The notes: generated from the sequence alone by a model not told the origin. Shown: positions 26,470 through 36,846, counted from the first letter of the stretch. The stretch is DNA of 64,000 nt from an uncultured Pseudobdellovibrionaceae bacterium (GCA_964360255.1 CAYHVK010000014.1:10384-74383); one strand, 5' to 3'. Translations and numbers: made by a program.

Positions 26470-27570
26470 ATGCTCTCTCAGCAGAATATTTTTCAATTAA
26501 AGCGACTGTTTAAGGCACTGAGCCTAGGTATTGCCCTCAGCATGACTCTGACGCTCGCAGCTTGCAGTTCAGGCAAAGGCGATTCTGGTTACAGCGGAAC
26601 TCTTCAGAATCCCTATTTCTATTCTATTACTAGCAATGAGGGCAAAACCTCTTATATGCTTGGGACTATTCATATCGGCGTTGGTATAAGTGAATTGCCT
26701 TCATATATTATGGATGCCTTCCGCAATACAGATTATCATTTTTCAGAAATCAGCGAAGTCTATCAGCCGATGCATGCCAGCTATTTGGTGGCACAGTCTA
26801 TGTATAATAAAGAGAAGTTCGAGTCGACTTTTGCTCGCTATCGATACCAAGTGAAAAATCAAGGGCCAGACCTGACTGCCGATCAAATACGTCGCGCCAT
26901 CTATATCGGTATCCCGCCTTATGTTGCCAATGTGCTTGGGCAAAAAGCCGCTTGCGAATTTCTTTGGTACGGAGAAATTTTATATAAACAGCCAGTTCCG
27001 TTTCTTGATTACGAATTAGCTGCAGTTTCTGTTGCTCATAAGAAAAAAACTTTTGGTCTTGAAAATGACCGAGTCCGTGATGAGGCTGATCGCTATGCTC
27101 GCAGCAGGGGTCAACGGGACGATAGTGATGAGTGCGATATCGGCACATATTTGACGAGCGATTCCGTAGCTGCCGAAGTAAAAGCTTTTATTAATACAAA
27201 ACCACTCAGCACCATGATTAGCACTTATCGCTCAGGCGCCGCCTTTAAAAAAGACTCCGATGAAGACTATTCACTTCAGTATAGAAATAAAAGCTGGATC
27301 CCAGTTATGAAGCCTTACCTTAAAAAAGGTCGTGCTTTCTTTTCATTTGGAGCCGGTCATCTCGAAGGTTATCACGGCATCATTCAACATCTTGAGCGCG
27401 CCGGATTTACTGTTGTGAGGCACAATTCAGCGGCTCCACTTCGGGTAGAGAATCCTACTTTAGCCTTTGAACAAACCCTAATTCAGAAGTATGAAAGCAG
27501 CACCTCTGACGATTCAACTCAAAATAAATTTATTATTAAACCTTTAATGCCGAAATTCGGGAGCCTATAA
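26470..27570 (+). CDS. TraB/GumN-family protein (lipoprotein)
   Basis: Lipobox LTLAAC. MLGTIHIG near the N-terminus and FFSFGAGHLEGYHGIIQHLERAGFTV near the C-terminus, typical of TraB/GumN. Confidence 0.7.
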   Translation: MLSQQNIFQLKRLFKALSLGIALSMTLTLAACSSGKGDSGYSGTLQNPYFYSITSNEGKTSYMLGTIHIGVGISELPSYIMDAFRNTDYHFSEISEVYQPMHASYLVAQSMYNKEKFESTFARYRYQVKNQGPDLTADQIRRAIYIGIPPYVANVLGQKAACEFLWYGEILYKQPVPFLDYELAAVSVAHKKKTFGLENDRVRDEADRYARSRGQRDDSDECDIGTYLTSDSVAAEVKAFINTKPLSTMISTYRSGAAFKKDSDEDYSLQYRNKSWIPVMKPYLKKGRAFFSFGAGHLEGYHGIIQHLERAGFTVVRHNSAAPLRVENPTLAFEQTLIQKYESSTSDDSTQNKFIIKPLMPKFGSL

Positions 27571-28152
27571 ATGAGAAATCCAGTTCTAATCGCCATTCTG
27601 TTTCTTCAGCTGGTAGCGGTCTTCGCTAAAGCCGATACAACACGCATTTCAATCAAACCAATTTGGCCAGCGAACTGCCTTTTGAGAGATTACCCACATC
27701 TGAGCGAGCTCAGCCAAATTGAAAGAGTTGAAGAAACTCCTGAATCAGTGACGTTTGAATTTGTTGTTCGTCACACTCAATGCGAAGATTTCGCTCGCAC
27801 TCCTTATGTTATGGACCCACAACGGACTTCAGTTTACATAGGGCCAGCCAAAGTTCAGCTCGCAATTACAGATGAAACAGATCTTCACGTACGTGCCACC
27901 TTTAACAAGATTAAAGTATTTAAACTGAATAAAGACGCTGCTGATCAGAAGATCGAACGTAAATACTATTTCTCATTCTTACCATATGGCCATGCACCGA
28001 TGCGCCAACGTCGCTGGGATGAGCCTTTTGTATGGATTCATCCATTAGCTGGAATGCGATTCACGGGACGCGTAATTCTGACTCGCGAAATCGATGGCCA
28101 AATCACCCTAAAACAAGAAGGTCAGGTTGTAGCTGACTCTAAAAAAGACTAA
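27571..28152 (+). CDS. Secreted protein, paralog 1 of a tandem pair
   Basis: Signal peptide. Shares ordered motifs with the next gene (I.I.P..PA..C; S.T.EF......C.D.A..P; AT.NK...F; ...PYG). Confidence 0.6.
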   Translation: MRNPVLIAILFLQLVAVFAKADTTRISIKPIWPANCLLRDYPHLSELSQIERVEETPESVTFEFVVRHTQCEDFARTPYVMDPQRTSVYIGPAKVQLAITDETDLHVRATFNKIKVFKLNKDAADQKIERKYYFSFLPYGHAPMRQRRWDEPFVWIHPLAGMRFTGRVILTREIDGQITLKQEGQVVADSKKD

Positions 28153-28161
28153 GGTAGCGCC

Positions 28162-28707
28162 ATGTTTAAAAAAATCTTATTTTGCCTCATTCTCACACCG
28201 ACAGTTTTATTCGCTTCAACTAACGACGAAGCGGATATTGTTATCACACCAGTGAATCCAGCTGTTTCATGCAGGGATGGACAGCGTGTTCGCGCTATTC
28301 ACGTAACAAAAATGATCTCAGCCAAAAAAGTTCAAGAAGACGACCGATCTCTCACTCTTGAATTTGAACTTTCATATTTCAGTTGCACAGACCTAGCGGC
28401 TCAACCGCTCGCTTTTATGACTGACTTGGCATTTGTAGATTTTCGCGCAGCCCCGAGCCAATCACAGAAAACTCTTTCAAGGTTCAACTTTGTCTATCCC
28501 TCAATCAAAGTGATTTCCGTACAAGCTACAATGAATAAAGTCTTAGCTTTCGAGAAAAAACCTATAGCTCGCTATGGCTTAGCGCTTTACCCATATGGCG
28601 ACGTGAAGTCTCCCCACGATTTTGGCGGCTACTCTTCAACTTGGATCATTGATCTTTATAAAGACGGCAATAGCACGAAAGTGCGTCTGGCACCGCTGAC
28701 TCAATAA
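28162..28707 (+). CDS. Secreted protein, paralog 2 of a tandem pair
   Basis: Signal peptide MFKKILFCLILTPTVLFA. Motifs as for 27571-28152. Confidence 0.6.
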   Translation: MFKKILFCLILTPTVLFASTNDEADIVITPVNPAVSCRDGQRVRAIHVTKMISAKKVQEDDRSLTLEFELSYFSCTDLAAQPLAFMTDLAFVDFRAAPSQSQKTLSRFNFVYPSIKVISVQATMNKVLAFEKKPIARYGLALYPYGDVKSPHDFGGYSSTWIIDLYKDGNSTKVRLAPLTQ

Positions 28708-29361
28708 CTAGCGAATTCTCTGCGCGACGGTTTGGCCTTCACGCGTGGGTAATAAAATCGAATTGTAATTGATGTTCTCTGCCAGCCGTTTATTAAACGA
28801 CTTCATTGATGCGATTGCAGATTTTGAAAGCTCTTGCTGAGGCTCATCGTAGACTCCGCCCCATAGAAGAGTGTTATCACCGATAATTAAACCACCCACC
28901 CGCACATGCTCGAAAGCCCAATTGAGGTAGCCATCGTAACCTGGCTTATCAGCGTCGATAAAAATCACATCGGCTTCTATTGAGCCGAGCTTTTTAAGCT
29001 CTTCTTGAGCATCGCCCAAGTGAAGTTTGATTTTTGGCCACTGTTCGGTTTTAGAAAGTAAAGACTTCGCTTTATCGTAATTCTCAGGGTTCTTCTCAAA
29101 AGAATGAATAACGCCGCCTTCTGGGAGCGCCTCGGCCATAAATAAAGTTGAATATCCGTAAAGCAAACCAATCTCAACGACGGTCTTGGCCTGAACCATT
29201 CCCATCAAAAAGCGTAAAACACCTGCTTCAGCTGCACATACATTGATACCAATTTTGCCGTCTTCAACGAGGGTCTGACGTATCTCGCGGGCACCTGCTG
29301 ATTCAGGAGCGAAAAGTTCTCCAATATATTCTTCTGCTTTAGTCACACGTGTGTTTGCCAT
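28708..29361 (-). CDS. Class I SAM-dependent O-methyltransferase (caffeoyl-CoA OMT-like)
   Basis: VVEIGLLYGYSTLFMAEAL (SAM motif I) and FIDADKPGYDGY. Start uncertain: in-frame Met codons at 29361, 29373 and 29382, and the track start at 29448. Confidence 0.7.
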   Translation of the reverse strand: MANTRVTKAEEYIGELFAPESAGAREIRQTLVEDGKIGINVCAAEAGVLRFLMGMVQAKTVVEIGLLYGYSTLFMAEALPEGGVIHSFEKNPENYDKAKSLLSKTEQWPKIKLHLGDAQEELKKLGSIEADVIFIDADKPGYDGYLNWAFEHVRVGGLIIGDNTLLWGGVYDEPQQELSKSAIASMKSFNKRLAENINYNSILLPTREGQTVAQRIR

Positions 29362-29460
29362 AGGCTTCTTCATATAATGCATGTCTACGATATAACAAGA
29401 GAAATTGACAATTATTCGCCGCTGACACAAACATAATTGAGATATCAATCGGGGGATGAA

Positions 29461-31239
29461 ATGCGATCTATTTTTAAAGTAAAAAATCTCACTCTATTCG
29501 CGCTTTTAGCAGCGACTGTATTCACAACGGCATGCACGAGCAAGAAAGCTACTGATGGTGAAAATACCTTAACAATGTCAGTGAGTTCAGAAATTAAATC
29601 TCTCGACTCAATTGCCCTCGGAGATCTTTATACCAATCGTGCGGGCTCACAAATTTACGAACCGCTCTACACATATCACTACTTGAAGCGCCCTCTAGAA
29701 TTAATTCCCGCTTTAGCTGACGGAATGCCAGTGATGTCGAAAGATGGCCTCACAGCTACAATCAAAATTAAAAAAGGCCTTCTCTTTCATGACAACGAAG
29801 CTTTCAAAGACGGCAAAGGCCGCGAAGTTGTAGCCGAGGATTTTATTTATGCATGGAAACGTTTAGTTGATCCGCGCAACGGCAGCGACGGCTACTGGAT
29901 CTTCGAAGGCAAAATTAAAGGCCTTAACGAATGGCGCGATAAAGTCACTAAAGGTGAAGCCGATTATAAAACTCCCATCGAAGGCTTTACGGCTATCGAT
30001 TCCCACACTTTACAAATCAAAATGATTAAGCCGTATTACCAATTGGTTTATGTCTTAGCGATGCCATATACGGCTCCTACTGCTATTGAAGCCATTGATA
30101 AATATGGCAAAGAGTATGCGAATAATCCGGTGGGCACTGGCCCCTTCATGATGAAGAGCTGGATTCGCGGCAACCGTCTTGAAATGGTTCGCAATCCGAA
30201 CTGGCGCGAAGAACTTTACCCAAGCGAAGGCACACCTGAAGATCAAGCTAAAGGCTTTCTCGCCGACGCTGGTAAAAAACTTCCGTTCGTAGACAAACTC
30301 GTAATTTTAGAAATTGTTGAAGATCAAACTCGTTGGCTCAACTTTATGAAAGGCCAGATCGATTTCGCGGGTATTCCGAAAGACAATTACGATACGGCCA
30401 TTAAAGACGGAAAACTTTCCGAAGAAATGACGAGCAAGAATATCAAACTCGATATCGTTGAAGAGCCAGATCTCACTTACACGGCTTTCAATATGGAAGA
30501 TCCGATTCTAGGCAAGAATCGATACTTACGTTTGGCTATGGGTCACGCTATTGATACTGAAACTATGATCGACAAGTTTTACAACCGTCGCGCTATTTCA
30601 GCTCAGTCGCCGATTGCACCTGGCATTGATGGCTATGATCCGAATTATGTAAACCCAAATAAAAAATTCGATCTTGAAAAAGCAAAAGAGTATATGAAGC
30701 TGGCAGGTTACCCGGACGGTAAAGGTCTACCTGAGATTGAGTATTCAAATACATCTTCAGCAACGAGCCGTCAGTTTGTTGAACTCTTCACTCAGCATAT
30801 GGCGACGATCGGTATTAAAATTAAAGTTGTAACGACGTCATGGCCGCAGTTCACCGAAAAGCTTCGTAAGAAAAAAGCTCAACTCTGGGGCATCGCTTGG
30901 AGCGGAGACTATCCAGATGCTCAGAACTTCTTTCAGCTTCTTCACAGCTCAAGCATTAGCCCAGGACCAAACGCAGCGAACTACAACAGCCCTGAGTTCG
31001 ATAAGCTTTATGATAAAGCGCTTGGCATGCCACCGGGACCAGCCCGTACAAAAGTTTATTTACAAATGCGCGATCTCGCCGTGAAAGATGCGCCTTGGAT
31101 CTTTAACACTCACCGCACCACCTACACTTTAGATCATGAGTGGGTTCACAATTTTAAAATTCCGCCGATCTCTCACGATTTCGTAAAATATATTCGCATC
31201 GACACAGCTAAGCGAGCTGAGAAGAAAAAGGATCTCTAG
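29461..31239 (+). CDS. ABC transporter substrate-binding lipoprotein (family 5, peptide/nickel type)
   Basis: GGGGGA RBS before ATG 29461. Lipobox VFTTAC. ~590 aa with a family-5 SBP-like sequence (WKRLVDP, NPVGTGPF). Confidence 0.8.
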   Translation: MRSIFKVKNLTLFALLAATVFTTACTSKKATDGENTLTMSVSSEIKSLDSIALGDLYTNRAGSQIYEPLYTYHYLKRPLELIPALADGMPVMSKDGLTATIKIKKGLLFHDNEAFKDGKGREVVAEDFIYAWKRLVDPRNGSDGYWIFEGKIKGLNEWRDKVTKGEADYKTPIEGFTAIDSHTLQIKMIKPYYQLVYVLAMPYTAPTAIEAIDKYGKEYANNPVGTGPFMMKSWIRGNRLEMVRNPNWREELYPSEGTPEDQAKGFLADAGKKLPFVDKLVILEIVEDQTRWLNFMKGQIDFAGIPKDNYDTAIKDGKLSEEMTSKNIKLDIVEEPDLTYTAFNMEDPILGKNRYLRLAMGHAIDTETMIDKFYNRRAISAQSPIAPGIDGYDPNYVNPNKKFDLEKAKEYMKLAGYPDGKGLPEIEYSNTSSATSRQFVELFTQHMATIGIKIKVVTTSWPQFTEKLRKKKAQLWGIAWSGDYPDAQNFFQLLHSSSISPGPNAANYNSPEFDKLYDKALGMPPGPARTKVYLQMRDLAVKDAPWIFNTHRTTYTLDHEWVHNFKIPPISHDFVKYIRIDTAKRAEKKKDL

Positions 31240-32175
31240 ATGTTTCGTTATTTGGTGAGACGAGTACTTTATTTGATCCCGATTCTTTTCGGGATCACCC
31301 TCATCACGTTTTTACTCTTTCACGTTGTTGGTGGTAACCCGGCGGCTCAAGCCGCTGGTAAATACGGCAACGAAGCTCAGATTCGCGCGCTTGAAATCGA
31401 AATGGGCCTCGATAAGCCTTTGCATCTACAATATGTTGATTATCTGAGACAAATCGTAACTTTTGATTTCGGCCGCTCATGGTCTACTCATCAAGAGATT
31501 TCAACCATGATTATGAATGGTATGGGTCCGTCGCTTTCGCTGACGCTCCCCGCTTTCTTGCTGATTATTATTATCAGCGTGAGCATCGCTCTCTTACTCG
31601 CTCACTACCGCGGCGGAATGCTAGATAAAGCCGTCCTCATTATTTGTCTCGCTGGCATGAGTGTGAGCTCTCTCGTTTACATTCTCTACATGCAGTACTG
31701 GCTCGCTTACAAAGCCGGGATCTTTCCTATCTCTGGGTGGGATCCTTCTTGGACAGGCCGCTGGGAGTATGTCGCCCTTCCGATTTTGATTTTTATTATT
31801 CTCTCAATCGGCGGCAATGTTCTTTTCTATCGTACAGTTTTCTTAGATGAAGTTTTGCAAGACTATGTTCGCACCGCTCGCGCGAAAGGTCTCGGCACCG
31901 TTCGCATTCTTTTCAAACACGTTTTAAGAAATGCGCTGATTCCGATTATTACTCTCGTGGTTTTAGAAATGCCGCTTTTAATTCTTGGCTCACTTCTTCT
32001 TGAATCATTCTTTGATATCCCGGGTCTTGGTGGACTTATTTATTCGGCCATTCAGAATTCTGATTTCCCGGTAGTTAAGGCCATGACTTTTATTGGTGCT
32101 GGTCTTTACATGATCTTTCAGCTCATCTCTGATTTACTTTACGCGGTTGTAGATCCGAAGGTGCAACTCAGATGA
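31240..32175 (+). CDS. ABC transporter permease (DppB/OppB-like)
   Basis: Multi-TM with the VRTARAKGL EAA-loop motif. Confidence 0.85.
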   Translation: MFRYLVRRVLYLIPILFGITLITFLLFHVVGGNPAAQAAGKYGNEAQIRALEIEMGLDKPLHLQYVDYLRQIVTFDFGRSWSTHQEISTMIMNGMGPSLSLTLPAFLLIIIISVSIALLLAHYRGGMLDKAVLIICLAGMSVSSLVYILYMQYWLAYKAGIFPISGWDPSWTGRWEYVALPILIFIILSIGGNVLFYRTVFLDEVLQDYVRTARAKGLGTVRILFKHVLRNALIPIITLVVLEMPLLILGSLLLESFFDIPGLGGLIYSAIQNSDFPVVKAMTFIGAGLYMIFQLISDLLYAVVDPKVQLR

Positions 32176-33035
32176 AACCTTCTCGATCTCTTTGGCAAGA
32201 TGCCATTCGCAAAATTAAGCGGGATAAAATAGCGCTTCTTTCTTTCTTCTTCATCGCCGCGTATTTTTTAATCGCTGTACTATGTGCCGCCGGAATTCTC
32301 TTTCCGAATCATGCCGCCCCTGATGTGGCGAATTCTTTTTTACCACCTTCGTCAGATCACTGGCTCGGCACAGATCTTTTTGGCCGCGACGTCATCGCCC
32401 GTGCTTCACACGGAACTGTAACGTCACTTATGGTCGGCCTTATTGGCGCAGGCTTATCAGTTCTTATTGGCGCCACTTTAGGTGCCATTGCTGGTTTCTG
32501 CGGCGGAGTGATCGATGATCTCATCGTCTGGTTCTATTCAACCATCGATACAATTCCGTATATTCTTTTGCTTTCAGCTCTCGCATTTCTTTTAGGCTCG
32601 GGTCTGAATACAATGTGCCTCGCTATTGGCCTCACCAGCTGGGTTGGCCTTTGCCGCCTTATGCGCGCTGAATTTATGCGTCACCGTGATCGTGAGTATG
32701 TTCAATCCGCCGTAGCTTTAGGCGCTGGGCCTTTTCGTCAGATTTTTCTGCATATTTTGCCGAATACGCTCCAGATAGTGCTGATTAATTTCAGCCTTTC
32801 TTTTGTGGGAGCGGTCAAAAGCGAAGTTATTCTTACATATTTAGGTCTCGGCGTTGAAGTCGGCACCCCTTCTTGGGGTATGATGATCAACGACGCAAAA
32901 CAGGAATTAATTCGCGGCGTATGGTGGAACTTAGCTGCCGCCACTATTTTTATGTTTATACTGGTTCTCGCCTTTAACTTGTTTAACGATGCATTGCGCT
33001 CAGCGCTCGATCCGAAGTTAAAGGGCAAGGCTTAG
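32172..33035 (+). CDS. ABC transporter permease (DppC/OppC-like)
   Basis: [13 protein letters not shown]-terminal motif. EAA-loop region [11 protein letters not shown]. Confidence 0.85.
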   Translation: MKPSRSLWQDAIRKIKRDKIALLSFFFIAAYFLIAVLCAAGILFPNHAAPDVANSFLPPSSDHWLGTDLFGRDVIARASHGTVTSLMVGLIGAGLSVLIGATLGAIAGFCGGVIDDLIVWFYSTIDTIPYILLLSALAFLLGSGLNTMCLAIGLTSWVGLCRLMRAEFMRHRDREYVQSAVALGAGPFRQIFLHILPNTLQIVLINFSLSFVGAVKSEVILTYLGLGVEVGTPSWGMMINDAKQELIRGVWWNLAAATIFMFILVLAFNLFNDALRSALDPKLKGKA

Positions 33036-33075
33036 AAATTGCAGTATAGAACTTGGCACAAAAAGAGGGGTCAAA

Positions 33076-34800
33076 ATGGCTACAGAAACCGCAAAAACCG
33101 AAGCACTCGTGAGTATCAAAGATCTCAAGATCGAATTTCGCACCGATGATGGTGTCGTTAATGCCGTTAAGGGCATTTCTTTTGATATTCCAAAAGGCAA
33201 AACAGTGGGCCTTGTGGGCGAATCAGGTTCGGGTAAGTCGGTAACGGCCCTCTCAATTATGCGCCTTATTGCTAGCCCTCCAGGTCGTATCGCGGGCGGC
33301 GAAATCAACTTTGAAGGCAAAAACCTTGTTACCGCTAGTGACGCCGTTATGCGCGACATCCGCGGCAATAAAATCACAATGATCTTTCAAGAGCCAATGA
33401 CTTCCCTCAACCCAGTTTTCACCGTGGGTGACCAAATTGCTGAGACTCTTATTCTTCATAAAAACTTAAGCAAAGAAGAAGCACAAAAGCGTGTTCTAGA
33501 ATTGATGGAGCAAGTGGGGATCCCAGATCCGGCTCGCCGTATGCGCTCTTACCCTCATGAGATGTCAGGTGGTCAGCGCCAACGTGTGATGATCGCTATG
33601 GCCATTGCTTGTGAGCCAGATCTTCTTATTGCCGATGAGCCTACGACAGCTCTCGATGTGACAATCCAAAAACAAATTCTCGATTTGCTCGCTTCACTAC
33701 AGAAAAAATACGGCATGAGCATGCTTTTTATTACCCATGATTTGGGTGTGATCGGCGATATCGCTGATGAAGTTGTTGTTATGTACAAAGGCAACATCGT
33801 TGAAAAAGGCACGAAAGAAGAAATCTTCTTGAAGCCAAAACATCCGTATACAAAAGGTTTGATCGCTTGCCGCCCGAACCTTGAGCACAATCCGCTCCGC
33901 TTACCAACAGTGAGTGATTTTATGACTGAAGATGGCCGTGAAAAAGCCTACGACATGTCAAAACTCAAAATGGAAAAAGTGGCGCGCTCGAGCACTGATA
34001 AAAATCCGGTTCTTCTTGAAATTAAAAACGTGAAAAAATACTTCCCGCTTGAAAAAGGTATTTTCGGCAATGTGAAGTCATGGGTTCACGCGGTTGATGA
34101 TGTTTCATTAAAAGTTCGCAAAGGCCGCACAATGGGTCTTGTGGGGGAATCAGGTTGTGGCAAGACGACGCTGGGTCGCACGCTCTTGAGATTGATCGAG
34201 CCTACTGCTGGCGAGATTTTCTATAACGGCGTCGACATCACGAAACTTTCTAAAAATGAAATGCGGGCTCTTCGCCGTAAAGTTCAAATTATTTTTCAAG
34301 ATCCTTACGCTTCACTCAATCCACGTATGACTATTGGTTCAGCTTTAATGGAGCCAATGACCATCCACGGTTTAGGCGGAAACAAAGAAGGACGCCAGCG
34401 CCTAGCGATGCGTTTACTCGAGCGCGTAGGCTTAGATGGTTCAATGATCAATCGCTACCCGCACGAATTCTCTGGTGGCCAACGTCAGCGCATTTGTATT
34501 GCTCGCGCTCTTGCAGTTGAGCCAGAATTTATTGTTTGCGATGAATCGGTTTCAGCTCTCGACGTATCGGTACAAGCTCAGATCTTGAATCTACTTTTAG
34601 ATCTACAAGAAGAGTTCGGCCTCACTTACATTTTCATCTCGCACGATCTCGCTGTTGTTAAATACATCTCAGACGAAATCGCGGTGATGAATAAAGGCAA
34701 AGTTGTAGAGATGAACGAAGCCAACGAGATCTACAAAAATCCGCAAGATGCTTATACGAAAAAGCTTCTGAGCGCGATACCGAAGGGTATTTCGATTTAA
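33076..34800 (+). CDS. Fused double ABC ATPase (YejF/DppDF-like)
   Basis: Two Walker A sites ([16 protein letters not shown]), two signature motifs ([16 protein letters not shown]) and two Walker B sites ([16 protein letters not shown]). Confidence 0.9.
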   Translation: MATETAKTEALVSIKDLKIEFRTDDGVVNAVKGISFDIPKGKTVGLVGESGSGKSVTALSIMRLIASPPGRIAGGEINFEGKNLVTASDAVMRDIRGNKITMIFQEPMTSLNPVFTVGDQIAETLILHKNLSKEEAQKRVLELMEQVGIPDPARRMRSYPHEMSGGQRQRVMIAMAIACEPDLLIADEPTTALDVTIQKQILDLLASLQKKYGMSMLFITHDLGVIGDIADEVVVMYKGNIVEKGTKEEIFLKPKHPYTKGLIACRPNLEHNPLRLPTVSDFMTEDGREKAYDMSKLKMEKVARSSTDKNPVLLEIKNVKKYFPLEKGIFGNVKSWVHAVDDVSLKVRKGRTMGLVGESGCGKTTLGRTLLRLIEPTAGEIFYNGVDITKLSKNEMRALRRKVQIIFQDPYASLNPRMTIGSALMEPMTIHGLGGNKEGRQRLAMRLLERVGLDGSMINRYPHEFSGGQRQRICIARALAVEPEFIVCDESVSALDVSVQAQILNLLLDLQEEFGLTYIFISHDLAVVKYISDEIAVMNKGKVVEMNEANEIYKNPQDAYTKKLLSAIPKGISI

Positions 34801-34817
34801 TTTTTGAAGTCAGCAAA

Positions 34818-36173
34818 CTATCGCGCTGATTCCTGGCTTTGCTGGCTTGAGTCGGCACCACTTTGTTTATCTATATAGATTTTTAGAGTCGTCATCTTTT
34901 GATCAAGCTGCTTTTTCAACGAAGCGATGGATGTACACCCTGTAGCCGCAAGACCACCAGTACGAACCGCCGTAACAGTAGCATCGCCAGGTAAGCTCTT
35001 GAAAATATCATCTTTACGCTTAAGAAGTTCGAGATAGCTCTCAAGTCCTATTTGACCTAACTTTGCATCTTTAGCTTTAAGACCAGCTCCCATGTATATC
35101 ATTGAGGTATCTATAGCTTTATTGACCTCATTGTACTGTCTCATCCAGGCTGACATTCCACCCCAGATCAACGTTCGAGCCTCCATTGAAGCATTTTTCA
35201 TTGATGATGTCTCAAACTCAAGAGACTTGAGTTTTGCATTATTGGGGAAGAGTTTTGCCACTTTACTAACAACTCCGTGAATACCTTTAAGAGCTAAAGC
35301 TGCCCCTGTACCGCCGGTAAGCATACCAACCATAAGGCCAACTCCAAGCGTGGATCCTGCCTCACAAATTATTTTTGATTTAATTTCCGCCGGTAAACCG
35401 GCAAAGCTGGTCCCGATTTTCTGCATCTCTGTACTAAAATTCGCAATGAATTGCTTCATTTGTGAAACACTATTTTTTATGTCTCTAAAAGTTTGAACTG
35501 GGCTGGTAACAGCTTTGAACACGCCTTTAGCACCTGTTACAACTGCACCACCTGTGGCATTCCATGCGCCAGAAACAAGACCACCCAGGCAACCGATGAC
35601 ACTATTTAAAACTGTTAGTGGGAGGGAATTCTCATTTTGAGCAAATGCTACATTTGCCGCCAAGTTATTTGAGCAAACAGTAATATTGGAAGCATGAGCA
35701 ACTGATAAGCTAAAAAATTCGCGAAGTGATTTGCCCGTTCTGTCGCCTGGTACTAATGCAGTTTCTTTTTCAATTGTATTTCGCACGGCTTTTTCAGAGT
35801 AGCCGCTAAAATAAAGCGCATTCATAGTTTTCCCATCTGGATTCTTGATATGAACTAAGAAGTCATCGCCTGCAGCGTATATTTTCTGATCTTCAAGCTT
35901 TGGATTTACTTCTAATGCTGCCTTAAGAATGACCATACCGCGTCCCTTAGAACTCAAATAAACACGGTCAGCCCAATTGATAGTATGTGCAGGAGCGTAA
36001 TCACCTTTAAGTTTAATAGTTTCGTGATTTTTAGAGAAAAGCTGATCGAATTTCATAAGTACGGTCGACTTATCGTATTCGATGTAGGACTGCTCATACG
36101 TCACATCTTCAGGAAAGTTCGCTGAAGCATAAAGGTTTGAACAAAACAAAAAAACCAACAAGAAAATTTTCAT
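34818..36173 (-). CDS. Secreted protein with central glycine-zipper/hydrophobic segments, unknown function
   Basis: Signal MKIFLLVFLFCSNLYASA. Central GCLGGLVSGAWNATGGAVVTGAKG and STLGVGLMVGMLTGGTGAALALKG segments. Polar C-terminal tail. No family recognised. Confidence 0.55.
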   Translation of the reverse strand: MKIFLLVFLFCSNLYASANFPEDVTYEQSYIEYDKSTVLMKFDQLFSKNHETIKLKGDYAPAHTINWADRVYLSSKGRGMVILKAALEVNPKLEDQKIYAAGDDFLVHIKNPDGKTMNALYFSGYSEKAVRNTIEKETALVPGDRTGKSLREFFSLSVAHASNITVCSNNLAANVAFAQNENSLPLTVLNSVIGCLGGLVSGAWNATGGAVVTGAKGVFKAVTSPVQTFRDIKNSVSQMKQFIANFSTEMQKIGTSFAGLPAEIKSKIICEAGSTLGVGLMVGMLTGGTGAALALKGIHGVVSKVAKLFPNNAKLKSLEFETSSMKNASMEARTLIWGGMSAWMRQYNEVNKAIDTSMIYMGAGLKAKDAKLGQIGLESYLELLKRKDDIFKSLPGDATVTAVRTGGLAATGCTSIASLKKQLDQKMTTLKIYIDKQSGADSSQQSQESAR

Positions 36174-36353
36174 ATGAACCCCAAGGTATACTTTTGATTC
36201 TAAGTGCTGAGGAAAGCTTTGTGAAATTAAGGTTAGTGATTCCTATCCTTAGTCGAGTTTCTAAGAATGTGAACGCCTCAAAACCCAATAAATAACAAGC
36301 TGATCTAATACCTATTAGCAAATCCACTGGACGCACTTTTGCCCACTTTCAGC

Positions 36354-36368
36354 TGGCACAGAAATCGC
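36354..36368 (+). promoter_or_regulatory. Candidate sigma-54 (-24/-12) promoter
   Basis: TGGCAC-agaaa-TCGC matches TGGCAC-N5-TTGC with correct GG/GC spacing and one mismatch. About 40 nt upstream of ATG 36409. Confidence 0.35.
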
Positions 36369-36408
36369 TAGAAGCAAACCCTTGGTAGCAAACTGCACTG
36401 GGGGATCC

Positions 36409-36846
36409 ATGAAACAATTATTATTACTCTTCACAATCTTAGTTGGTGTATCAGCAGCTAACGCCGGAGCCGGCTATGTCTGCGTGAGCGGTTATCTTTA
36501 TAAACCAAATCAAACCAAAGAATATGTAGGAATCGATGACTGCAAAAACGCGTCTATCAGAGGCTCCTTCGCTTGTGTGAGTGGTTATCTTTATAATCCA
36601 GACGGCAACAAAACTTATGTAGGCACATCAGACTGTCAAACAAGCAACCTCGGCGGAGACTACGCCTGCGTCAGCGGCTACTTACATAAGCCCGATGGAT
36701 CTAAAGAGTATGTCGGTATTGATGATTGCAAAGTAGCTCGAATCGGCAATGGCTATGCTTGTGTCGGAGGATATCTCTTTAAACCTGATGGTAAAAAAGA
36801 ATACGTCGGTATCGACGATTGCAAAGCTGGAAACTTTGGCGATTGA
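36409..36846 (+). CDS. Secreted tandem-repeat protein (4 x 31 aa, two Cys per repeat)
   Basis: GGGGGA RBS. Signal MKQLLLLFTILVGVSAANA. Repeats of the form YACVSGYL[YHF]KPDGxKEYVGIDDCK. Confidence 0.7.
   Translation: MKQLLLLFTILVGVSAANAGAGYVCVSGYLYKPNQTKEYVGIDDCKNASIRGSFACVSGYLYNPDGNKTYVGTSDCQTSNLGGDYACVSGYLHKPDGSKEYVGIDDCKVARIGNGYACVGGYLFKPDGKKEYVGIDDCKAGNFGD
36475..36843 (+). repeat. Four diverged 93-bp tandem coding repeats
   Basis: Protein-level period of 31 aa, starting at residues 23, 54, 85 and 116 of the mature numbering. The DNA copies have diverged, mostly at synonymous or conservative positions. Confidence 0.8.
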
